Positions 35,856-43,186 of a stretch of 44,976 nucleotides of DNA are shown here, in pieces. The notes below the pieces were generated by a model, which ran no database searches, was not told the origin of the DNA, and saw only the letters and a program-made list of their open reading frames with translations. Source of the stretch: an uncultured Lachnoclostridium sp. (lineage in GTDB: Bacteria > Bacillota > Clostridia > Lachnospirales > Lachnospiraceae); the NCBI GenBank assembly GCA_947305875.1, contig CAMZEW010000001.1, forward strand, positions 1-44,976. The letters are read 5' to 3'. The translations under genes were made by a program, and so were the position numbers. How positions within the stretch are numbered: the stretch's first letter is position 1; each line of letters starts with the position of its first letter.

Positions 35856-38426
35856 ATGGAACGGTTCAATGTATACGGAATGTCCTGCGCGGCATGCAGC
35901 GCCGCGGTGGAACGCGCGGTGAGGGGTGTGCCCGGCGTTCGGTCGGTTACGGTGAGCCTGCTGCTCGGAACCATGCAGGTGGAAGGTACCGCCGGGGCGG
36001 ACGCGATTGTCGCTGCGGTTCGAAAGGCAGGGTATGACGCAGAGGCGGCGGGGAACGGAAGCACTTCCGGGGCCGGTGGGAAGCATGCCTCGGGAAAGCC
36101 TTGCGCAGGAGCATGCCCTATGGGAAAGACCGGGGAAGAGGATGCTCTTACGGACCGAGAGACACCGGTGCTTAAGAGACGTCTTGTTATCTCGCTTGCG
36201 GCGCTCGTCATCCTGTTTCTGATCGGGATGGGGCATGATATGTTCGGCATTCCGCTTCCGGGATTTCTTTCGGACGATAAGATTCGCGGCGGCGCGCAGA
36301 TGGCGCTGGCGCTTTTTGTGATGGTCGTGAACGGAGCTTTCTTCGTAAGGGGCGTGAAGGGAATTCTGCACCTTGCGCCGAATATGGACACGCTTGTCGC
36401 CATCGGTTCACTAACGGCGTGGGCGTACAGCGCGGTTCTGCTGTTCACCTCGGACAGCACCGAATGGTATTTCGAGTCGGCGGCGATGATTCTGACGCTG
36501 ATTACGGTCGGAAAGATGCTCGAAGCACGGGCTAAAGGCAAGACGACCGACGCCCTTAAGAGCCTTATGAAGCTTGCGCCGAAGACGGCAACCGTCCGGC
36601 GAAACGGTGAGGAGATTGTAATACCGGCAGGGGAAGTGGCTGTCGGCGATATCTTCGTGGTGCGTCCCGGCGAGAGCATCCCGGTTGACGGCGAAGTGAC
36701 CGAAGGCACGAGCGGCGTGAATGAATCTGCGCTGACCGGCGAAAGCATGCCGGTAACGAAGACAATCGGCGATACGGTTCACGCGGCAACAATCAACGGG
36801 AACGGCTATCTGGTATGCCGCGCCACGATGGTCGGCGAGGATACCGCCTACGCTGCAATACTGCGGCTTGTCGCGGATTCGGCTGCGACCAAGGCGCCGA
36901 TTGCGAAGATGGCAGACCGTGTGGCAGCAGTTTTCGTCCCGACGGTAATACTGATTGCAATCGGAACCGTTGTGATACGGCTTCTGCTCGGACAGTCCGC
37001 AGGCGAAGCGCTCGCAAGCGGAATCTCGGTGCTTGTCATCAGCTGTCCGTGTTCGCTGGGATTAGCAACACCGGTAGCGGTGATGGTCGGAAGCGGCGTC
37101 GGCGCACGGAACGGAATCTTATATAAAACCGCCGAAGCAATCGAACAGGCGGGACGCGTGCAGACCGTGCTTCTTGACAAGACCGGCACGGTGACGACCG
37201 GCGTGCCGCGCGTAACGGACATCTTCCCGGCTGAAGGGGAAACAAAGGAACGCGTGCTCCTGCTTGCGGCAGCTCTCGAACAGCGAAGCGGCCATCTGCT
37301 TTCGGAAGCGGTTCTTCAGGAAGCGAAACAGCAGGGAATCACAATACCGGAGGATATAGAGAACTTCGAAGAAGTACCCGGGAAAGGCATCCGCGGAACG
37401 CTCGGCGGGACTGCAATCCGTGTCGGAAACCGGGCGTTCATGGAAGAAACGGAATTAAGCGGGCAGAATCCGAATGCTTGGGCAACACAACCGAACGCGC
37501 ACCATCCGGACACGGGGACAGTGCAGCCGATCCGGATTCCGGACGAGATCTTTGAAGCCGCCTCGAAGGCTTCCGAACAGGGCAAAACCCCGATTTACAT
37601 CGCCGAAGGCGGACGTTGTCTCGGCTGCATCCTTGTTGCCGACGGATTAAAAGAAGACAGTATCCGCGCGGTGCAGAGGCTTCATGAGATGAATCTTCAG
37701 GTCATCCTCCTGACCGGCGATAACGAAAAGACTGCGAAAGCAATCGGCGTGCAGCTCGGTGCGGATCTCGTGTACGCGCAGCAGCTTCCCGGCGGCAAAT
37801 CGGACGTCATCGCGAAGTATCCGCACACCGCGATGGTCGGCGACGGAATCAACGACGCTCCGGCGCTTGTGGAAGCCGACCTCGGCATGGCAATCGGCGC
37901 GGGAACCGACGTCGCGATTGACGCAGCTGATGTCGTTCTGTCCGGCAGCAGCCTGTCGGAGGCGGTCGAAGCCATTCGGCTCGGAAGGTTTACGCTTCGG
38001 ATAATCCGCCAGAACCTGTTCTGGGCGTTCTTTTATAACGTTTTATGCATCCCGCTCGCGGCGGGCGTTCTGACAGGACTCACCGGTCTTGCGATGAACC
38101 CGATGGTCGCGGCAGCGGCGATGAGTCTGTCGAGTTTCTGCGTGGTCAGTAACGCGCTTCGGATCAACCTGTTCCGAAAAGAACAAACCAAAGGAAAAAC
38201 GGAGGAAAATGCAATGAAAACCGTCACAATGGAAGTAAACGGAATGATGTGCGAGCACTGTGAGGCGCGCGTTCGAAAAGCCCTTCTCGGAGTGCCCGGC
38301 GTAAGCGACGCGACGGCAAGCCACAAGGAAAACAAGGTGGTCGTCACCTGCTCCGACGAGGTAATTGCGGAGGCGCTTTCGGAAGCCGTCCGCGCACAGG
38401 ACTACGAAGTTGGTAAAATTTCCTGA
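35856..38426 (+). CDS. copA: Copper-translocating P1B-type ATPase with N-terminal and additional C-terminal heavy-metal-associated domains
   Basis: N-terminal [18 protein letters not shown] motif, [13 protein letters not shown], and C-terminal [14 protein letters not shown]. Confidence 0.93.
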   Translation: MERFNVYGMSCAACSAAVERAVRGVPGVRSVTVSLLLGTMQVEGTAGADAIVAAVRKAGYDAEAAGNGSTSGAGGKHASGKPCAGACPMGKTGEEDALTDRETPVLKRRLVISLAALVILFLIGMGHDMFGIPLPGFLSDDKIRGGAQMALALFVMVVNGAFFVRGVKGILHLAPNMDTLVAIGSLTAWAYSAVLLFTSDSTEWYFESAAMILTLITVGKMLEARAKGKTTDALKSLMKLAPKTATVRRNGEEIVIPAGEVAVGDIFVVRPGESIPVDGEVTEGTSGVNESALTGESMPVTKTIGDTVHAATINGNGYLVCRATMVGEDTAYAAILRLVADSAATKAPIAKMADRVAAVFVPTVILIAIGTVVIRLLLGQSAGEALASGISVLVISCPCSLGLATPVAVMVGSGVGARNGILYKTAEAIEQAGRVQTVLLDKTGTVTTGVPRVTDIFPAEGETKERVLLLAAALEQRSGHLLSEAVLQEAKQQGITIPEDIENFEEVPGKGIRGTLGGTAIRVGNRAFMEETELSGQNPNAWATQPNAHHPDTGTVQPIRIPDEIFEAASKASEQGKTPIYIAEGGRCLGCILVADGLKEDSIRAVQRLHEMNLQVILLTGDNEKTAKAIGVQLGADLVYAQQLPGGKSDVIAKYPHTAMVGDGINDAPALVEADLGMAIGAGTDVAIDAADVVLSGSSLSEAVEAIRLGRFTLRIIRQNLFWAFFYNVLCIPLAAGVLTGLTGLAMNPMVAAAAMSLSSFCVVSNALRINLFRKEQTKGKTEENAMKTVTMEVNGMMCEHCEARVRKALLGVPGVSDATASHKENKVVVTCSDEVIAEALSEAVRAQDYEVGKIS

Positions 38427-38465
38427 AAAATCAGCCGAAAACGCACAAAAAATTGAGAAAAGTAC

Positions 38466-38495
38466 TTGAAAAAACAGGGTAGTCAATGTTACACT
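38466..38495 (+). promoter_or_regulatory. Putative promoter (TTGAAA-18 nt-TACACT with an extended -10 TG)
   Basis: Located 60 nt upstream of the ATG at 38556. It is the only promoter-like element I see ahead of the 38.5-44.7 kb gene string. Confidence 0.45.
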
Positions 38496-38555
38496 AATAT
38501 TTACTAATAAATGTACGCTACGGTGGTATGTCATTTACGCAAACCGGGGATAGGT

Positions 38556-41213
38556 ATGGGAGATTTCAATTGGAACGGGCTCTTCACAAGATGGAAGCCC
38601 GGTAAGAAGCTGTTCGTTTATTACGGACAGAGCACAACTGAAGACGGCCAGAAGAAGCCCGCCCGGCTCACCGGCAAGTCCTACCGAAAAGCAGGTCTTC
38701 CGGATGACGTTTTGCAGGCGATAGACGGGATTAAGAAAAAGCGCTACACGCTTTTTGAGAACGCGCAGCGTCTGTCAAAGGTTCTCGAGAAGCGTACTGT
38801 CGGAAAGGACAGTCTGGCATCGCTCGTAAACAAGGGCATTATCGCAGGCGTTTCCGACCTGCATGCGTTCCGTTCGTTCATCTGGACGACGGGGGATTAC
38901 CTGAAGCGCACGGGGGCGGAATACGATCGCCTTTCCATCGGGGAACTGACGGCGATTGCGAAGGCCGTGGAAGACGCCGGGTATCTGAATTACCGCGGCG
39001 GTTCTTACTTCCCGGGGCTTTGCAGCACGCCTGATAAGAATATATACTTCCTTCCGTCCGGACTGAACCGCGAGCTTCGTGAGAAGGCGGCGGCGGACGG
39101 CGCGGTTGTCGCCTCGCTGAACCGGGCGCGCAAGGACCTGACGCGGATTAAGCCGGTTATGGAGAATCTCGCGATGGAGCTTTTCGCCGGAACCGCCGGT
39201 GAGAAGACCGAGTTCTTCGAGACGGTGCTTTCCGTCTGGTGCTCACTCGCGATTCTGTCGAAGGAACCGTTCTTCCTGACGGACGGTAAGAAGCCCGTTA
39301 CGAATGCCGAGCCGAAGAAGGCTGCGAAGGCACCCGAGCCTGTGAAGGATATTACGGCCGATGCGAAGACTGAGAAGAAAGAAGCCGTAGCGACCGAAAC
39401 CAAGAAGTCCGAGAAGCCTGCCGCGAAGAAAGCGGAGCCGAAGAAGGCTGACAAGCCGGCAGCGAAGGCAGAAAAGGCCGAGGCGAAAACGGAAAAACCC
39501 GTGAAGGCCGGGGCGAAGAAGGCTGACAAGCCCGCAGCAAAGGCAACCGCTGAGAAGAAGGCTGAGAAACCTGCAGCCGCCGGGACGAAAGCCGCCGAGA
39601 CGGAGAAACCCGTGAAGGCTGAGAAGAAGCCCGCCGCGAAGGCAACTGCCGAGATGAAGGCAGAGAAAACTGCAGCGAAGAAGGCCGAGCCGAAGAAGAC
39701 GGATAAGACGGCTAAGAAAGCCGAGACGAAACCAGCTGAGAAGAAAACCGAGAAGACCCCTGAGAAGACAGCCAAGATAGAAAAACCGGCGAAACCCGCC
39801 GGCAAGACCGCGAAGACGGCCAAGGAAACGAAGGCAGCGAAGAAGCCTTCGAAGCCGAAGCAGCCCGAGCCGCAGCCGACCGAGAATTACATGGTTGCGG
39901 AAGTGGACGGCGAGATGGTCCGGATTCCGATCGGAGACGCGTACAAAGAGGAAACACTTGAAATGCTGTCAAAAAGTTCCATTCCCGAGGCGGTTCTGGC
40001 AGACGCGAAGAAGATTCTGCCGAGACTGTCCGAGATGGGCGGCGAGGTCGACATTCAATATCTATCAAAACGATTAAATGAGTTACAGGAGGATGGTATG
40101 GCTAACAATGATCCCGGAAGAGAAAGAACGGTAGAGGAGCTGATTGCGGAGCTGATGGGCACCGCGCAGCAGCCGAAAGCGGCAGCCCCTGCCCCTGAAC
40201 CTGCCCCGGCACCTGCACCGGCACCCGCGCCGGTGAAAGAAGAGGTAAAGCCTGCCCCGGCACCCTCACCCGTTGAACCCGAGTGGGAAGTGTCCACCAA
40301 CAGCGCAATCAAAAATGATATCGAGCCGGAGTGGGAGGTTTCCCTCGTGAATCCTGCCGCAGCCGTTAAGCCCGCAGCACCCGCTCCTGCGCCGGTTGCA
40401 CCCGCACCCGCAGCAGAGCCCGTGAAGCCCGCAGCGCCTACTCCTGAGGATATTGCAGCCAACGCTGTAATCCCCGAGATTCTGCCTTATATTGCTCCCG
40501 AGCCGGAAGCAGCTCCCGCACCCGCTCAGAAGGTTCCGACTCCCGAAGAGATTGCTGCAAGCGCAGCAAGCCTTGAGAGCCTCTTCCCTTCCTTCACCGC
40601 ACCTGCAGCCGAGGAAGTTAAGCCCGTTGAGCCCGCACCCGTGATTCCCGAGCCTGTGGTAATCCCCGAGCCCGCACCGGTTATTCCGGAACCCGCTCCG
40701 GTTATCCCTGAGCCGACGCCGGTTGTTCCCGCTCCCGAGCCGGTGAAGCCGGTCAGCAGTATCCCGGACATCACTCCGGACGGTGTAAAGCCTGCCGCTA
40801 CCCCGATTGAGACGAACGAAACCAGCAAGGAAGAGATGGACGAGCATGAGGCAGCCGTACGCCGCCGTATGCGTGAGATTCTCGAGCAGAACAAGAAGAA
40901 GCAGCAGGAGAAGGACGAAGTCCGCAGACAGATGGAAGAGCGTCGTCTCGAGGTTGCGAGAAAGCAGGAACAGAGACGTCAGGAAATCCTTGCAAAGCGT
41001 AAAGCCGACTATGAGAAGCTTCTTGCCGAGCAGGAAGATCTTCGTAAGGTTGTGGAAGAGAACAAGAACGCCATCATGGGCGACCGTAAGAAGAAGCGTA
41101 CCGAAGCGCAGAGAAGAATCATGGATATTGAGGATATCATCCTGAAGGAATACCTTGATCTGAAGCGCGGCACGAACGATTATCATACCGGTCTAACGCA
41201 GGAGCTTTATTAA
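38556..41213 (+). CDS. Large hypothetical protein (885 aa). It has a globular N-domain, a Lys/Ala/Pro/Glu histone-H1-like repeat, a small middle domain, Pro/Ala-rich repeats and a charged coiled coil.
   Basis: Long uninterrupted ORF with no TM segment or signal peptide. The start is taken at ATG 38556 (MGDFNWNG...). I recognise no family. Confidence 0.75.
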   Translation: MGDFNWNGLFTRWKPGKKLFVYYGQSTTEDGQKKPARLTGKSYRKAGLPDDVLQAIDGIKKKRYTLFENAQRLSKVLEKRTVGKDSLASLVNKGIIAGVSDLHAFRSFIWTTGDYLKRTGAEYDRLSIGELTAIAKAVEDAGYLNYRGGSYFPGLCSTPDKNIYFLPSGLNRELREKAAADGAVVASLNRARKDLTRIKPVMENLAMELFAGTAGEKTEFFETVLSVWCSLAILSKEPFFLTDGKKPVTNAEPKKAAKAPEPVKDITADAKTEKKEAVATETKKSEKPAAKKAEPKKADKPAAKAEKAEAKTEKPVKAGAKKADKPAAKATAEKKAEKPAAAGTKAAETEKPVKAEKKPAAKATAEMKAEKTAAKKAEPKKTDKTAKKAETKPAEKKTEKTPEKTAKIEKPAKPAGKTAKTAKETKAAKKPSKPKQPEPQPTENYMVAEVDGEMVRIPIGDAYKEETLEMLSKSSIPEAVLADAKKILPRLSEMGGEVDIQYLSKRLNELQEDGMANNDPGRERTVEELIAELMGTAQQPKAAAPAPEPAPAPAPAPAPVKEEVKPAPAPSPVEPEWEVSTNSAIKNDIEPEWEVSLVNPAAAVKPAAPAPAPVAPAPAAEPVKPAAPTPEDIAANAVIPEILPYIAPEPEAAPAPAQKVPTPEEIAASAASLESLFPSFTAPAAEEVKPVEPAPVIPEPVVIPEPAPVIPEPAPVIPEPTPVVPAPEPVKPVSSIPDITPDGVKPAATPIETNETSKEEMDEHEAAVRRRMREILEQNKKKQQEKDEVRRQMEERRLEVARKQEQRRQEILAKRKADYEKLLAEQEDLRKVVEENKNAIMGDRKKKRTEAQRRIMDIEDIILKEYLDLKRGTNDYHTGLTQELY
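39285..39880 (+). repeat. Intragenic degenerate tandem repeats encoding (A/E)KK(A/T)EKPAAK-type units
   Basis: Recurrent DNA strings gccgagccgaagaaggc and gaagaaggctgacaagcc(c/g)gcagc. The antisense ORF 39005-39823 is a compositional shadow. Confidence 0.8.
40168..40815 (+). repeat. Intragenic Pro/Ala-rich repeat region. It contains a (AP)n run, duplicated EPEWEVS units, and four VIPEPAP-type units at 40637-40750.
   Basis: Read directly from the translation and from the 21-nt DNA periodicity. Confidence 0.8.
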
Positions 41214-41242
41214 TTTCCCTGTCCTGACAAGGAGGATTTGTA

Positions 41243-41764
41243 ATGGGTATTTTTGATAAGATCATGAACTCCATCTTCAACGAAACGAAGAAGGCTGTTG
41301 ATTCGGTTGTTACTCCCGGTAAGAAGCCGGCGGCAACGCCCGCTCCCACGCCTGCCCCGCAGGCAGCTGCTCCGGTTGTGAATACCCCCGCTGCGGATCC
41401 CGATGCCGAGCGGATCTACCGCGAAGACGGCGGTTATGATTTCAATGACAGCTTCCATCGTGACGCGGCATACTTCCGGAACATTCTGGTAAAGAATTTC
41501 CCGGACTGGAGCCTTGAAGAGAACGTTCCGATTACCCGCATCGATGCGAGCGCGCATCCGAAATGCATTCCGGTAACGTTTATGATGAGCAAAACCGGAC
41601 AGAACTTCGCATTTTTCGTAATGCCGATCAACAAGACGAACGGACTTCCTTATAAGGGATCCAAGCAGGCATTGAAGGCAGCCGGAATCAAGACCGTGCA
41701 TTGCATCGAATGCTACAAGAACGAAGAAAGTTATGTGGTGAACCGTATCCGGAACGCCATGTAA
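41243..41764 (+). CDS. Hypothetical 173-aa protein with an amphipathic N-terminal helix, a Pro/Ala linker and a roughly 115-aa alpha/beta C-domain
   Basis: AAGGAGG SD 7 nt upstream of the ATG and a 29-nt gap after the 885-aa gene. I recognise no family. Confidence 0.75.
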   Translation: MGIFDKIMNSIFNETKKAVDSVVTPGKKPAATPAPTPAPQAAAPVVNTPAADPDAERIYREDGGYDFNDSFHRDAAYFRNILVKNFPDWSLEENVPITRIDASAHPKCIPVTFMMSKTGQNFAFFVMPINKTNGLPYKGSKQALKAAGIKTVHCIECYKNEESYVVNRIRNAM

Positions 41765-41925
41765 TACAGGTCTTTGACCGAGTCGGATAGGGAAGAACGC
41801 ACATGGATGCACCTGCAGGGGGCGCAGCATAACCATCAAAACGGTTTTGCAGGTAGCCGGTTATGTATCGCCCGGTATAGCAAAATTGCTATTTTAAAGC
41901 ACTTCTTCTCTAACCATAAGAGTAA

Positions 41926-41957
41926 AGGAGGCCCCGCTTGCGGGAGACCTCCTTTTT
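41926..41957 (+). promoter_or_regulatory. Hairpin plus U-run that overlaps the RT ribosome-binding site and candidate TTG start (attenuator or translational-control element)
   Basis: AGGAGG(41926-31)-C-CCCG-cttg-CGGG-aga-CCTCCT(41948-53) followed by TTTTT. The 5' arm is the only SD for the RT gene. Confidence 0.6.
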
Positions 41958-43182
41958 ATCGGATTATATGATGGATTTTTTGGAAACCATCGGCGACGGC
42001 AGTCAGTGGGAACGGTTCTACGAGTACTGCAAAGCCGGGGAACACGCAACGAAACAGGAACTCTCGGAACTGCGGCAGTTTATCGACTGCGGCAGTTTTT
42101 TGACGTGGGACGGACACTTCCGTTCAGGGAAGCCCTTCCCGTATGCGGAAAGGACGGTTCTTAACAAGAAAGGAACCGATAAGAAGCGCGTTGTCTATAT
42201 GTTTCCGGGCGAGGCGGGGATTGTCCTTAAGTATCTTTCCTACCGGCTGCATGAGTATGACGGCATCTTCTCGGACAATCTGTTCTCGTTCCGCGTGAAC
42301 CGCGGCGTGAAGAAGGCGGTCGGGGATTTGCTTTCCGTGCCGGGGCTTTCGGAGAAGTACGTGTATAAGCTTGATATTCACGATTATTTCAATTCGGTCG
42401 ACGTCGAGCGGATCATTCCGCTGATTGAGCGGGTGCTCGGGGCGGAGCAGCCGCGGTTCTGCGGTTTCCTGAAGGAATTTCTACGGAATCCCTACGTGAC
42501 GGACGGCGGGAAGATCATTGAAGACCGGAAGGGCATCATGGCCGGCAATTCGCTGTCCTCATTTCTCGCAAATCTGTACCTTTCGGACATGGACCGGTAC
42601 TTCTCGGAGCAAGGGGCCGTCTACGCGCGCTACTCGGACGACATCATCGTGATGGCGGATACGTACGAGGAACTTGAGCAGTACCGCGAGGAGATTCTTA
42701 CAAGGCTTTCCGACAAGGATATGACCGTCAACCCGAAGAAGGTGTTCTATGCAAAGCCCGGCGAGCCGTGGGATTTCCTCGGAATCACCTTCCATGCGGG
42801 CAAGGTTGACGTGGCGCGGGCATCGGTTGAGAAGATGAAGGGGAAGATCCGCCGCAAGGCGCGGGCGCTGTACCGCTGGAAGGTTAAGAAGGGCGCGTCC
42901 GACGAGCAGGCAATCCGCGCGTACATCCGGCATTTCAACCGCAAATTCTACGACAACCCGAACAAAAGCGAGCTCACCTGGTGCCGCTGGTTCTTCCCGG
43001 TCATCAACACCGACGAGAGCCTTAAGGAACTGGACGCGTACCTTCTTGAGAACATCCGCTTCCTTGCGACCGGCAGGCACACGAAAGCCAACTACCGCCT
43101 GCGTTACGAGACAATCAAGGACTACGGTTTCCGAAGCCTTGTGCACGAATACTACGCAATTGCAAACGCCCCGTCGATGTGA
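41938..43182 (+). CDS. Stand-alone reverse transcriptase (RT palm/fingers plus a thumb-like tail; no other domain)
   Basis: Motifs RT1-7 are all present in order, with the catalytic YSDD at 42631-42642. The start is either TTG 41938 (SD at 6-nt spacing, but inside the hairpin) or ATG 41968 (no SD). Confidence 0.88.
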   Translation: MRETSFLSDYMMDFLETIGDGSQWERFYEYCKAGEHATKQELSELRQFIDCGSFLTWDGHFRSGKPFPYAERTVLNKKGTDKKRVVYMFPGEAGIVLKYLSYRLHEYDGIFSDNLFSFRVNRGVKKAVGDLLSVPGLSEKYVYKLDIHDYFNSVDVERIIPLIERVLGAEQPRFCGFLKEFLRNPYVTDGGKIIEDRKGIMAGNSLSSFLANLYLSDMDRYFSEQGAVYARYSDDIIVMADTYEELEQYREEILTRLSDKDMTVNPKKVFYAKPGEPWDFLGITFHAGKVDVARASVEKMKGKIRRKARALYRWKVKKGASDEQAIRAYIRHFNRKFYDNPNKSELTWCRWFFPVINTDESLKELDAYLLENIRFLATGRHTKANYRLRYETIKDYGFRSLVHEYYAIANAPSM

Positions 43183-43186
43183 TAAA

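Noticed and set aside
39005-41186. Long minus-strand ORFs (39005-39823, 40055-40462, 40266-41186) and apparent repeat arrays. I also considered whether this was a CRISPR-like array.
   Set aside because: They are compositional shadows of the Lys/Ala and Pro/Ala repeat-coding + strand. The repeats are degenerate, contiguous and in frame, with no spacer/repeat alternation.
41774-41971. The 65-aa ORF in the track, which spans the RT leader.
   Set aside because: It has a TTG start without an SD, overlaps the hairpin and the RT start, and has no recognisable features. I kept it only as an 'open frame' remark in the leader finding.
38556-43182. A diversity-generating retroelement reading: target gene, Avd-like small gene, TR, then RT. 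The gene order looks superficially right, and RT4 has a DGR-like GN..S..AN.YL pattern.
   Set aside because: The 170-nt interval has no AAC/adenine-rich template character. I found no second copy (VR) at the 3' end of the 885-aa gene, which ends in a coiled coil rather than a C-type-lectin or Ig fold. RT4 lacks the DGR SQ signature (it reads SS). The 173-aa protein is not an Avd-like four-helix bundle by composition. A remote VR elsewhere in the genome cannot be excluded.
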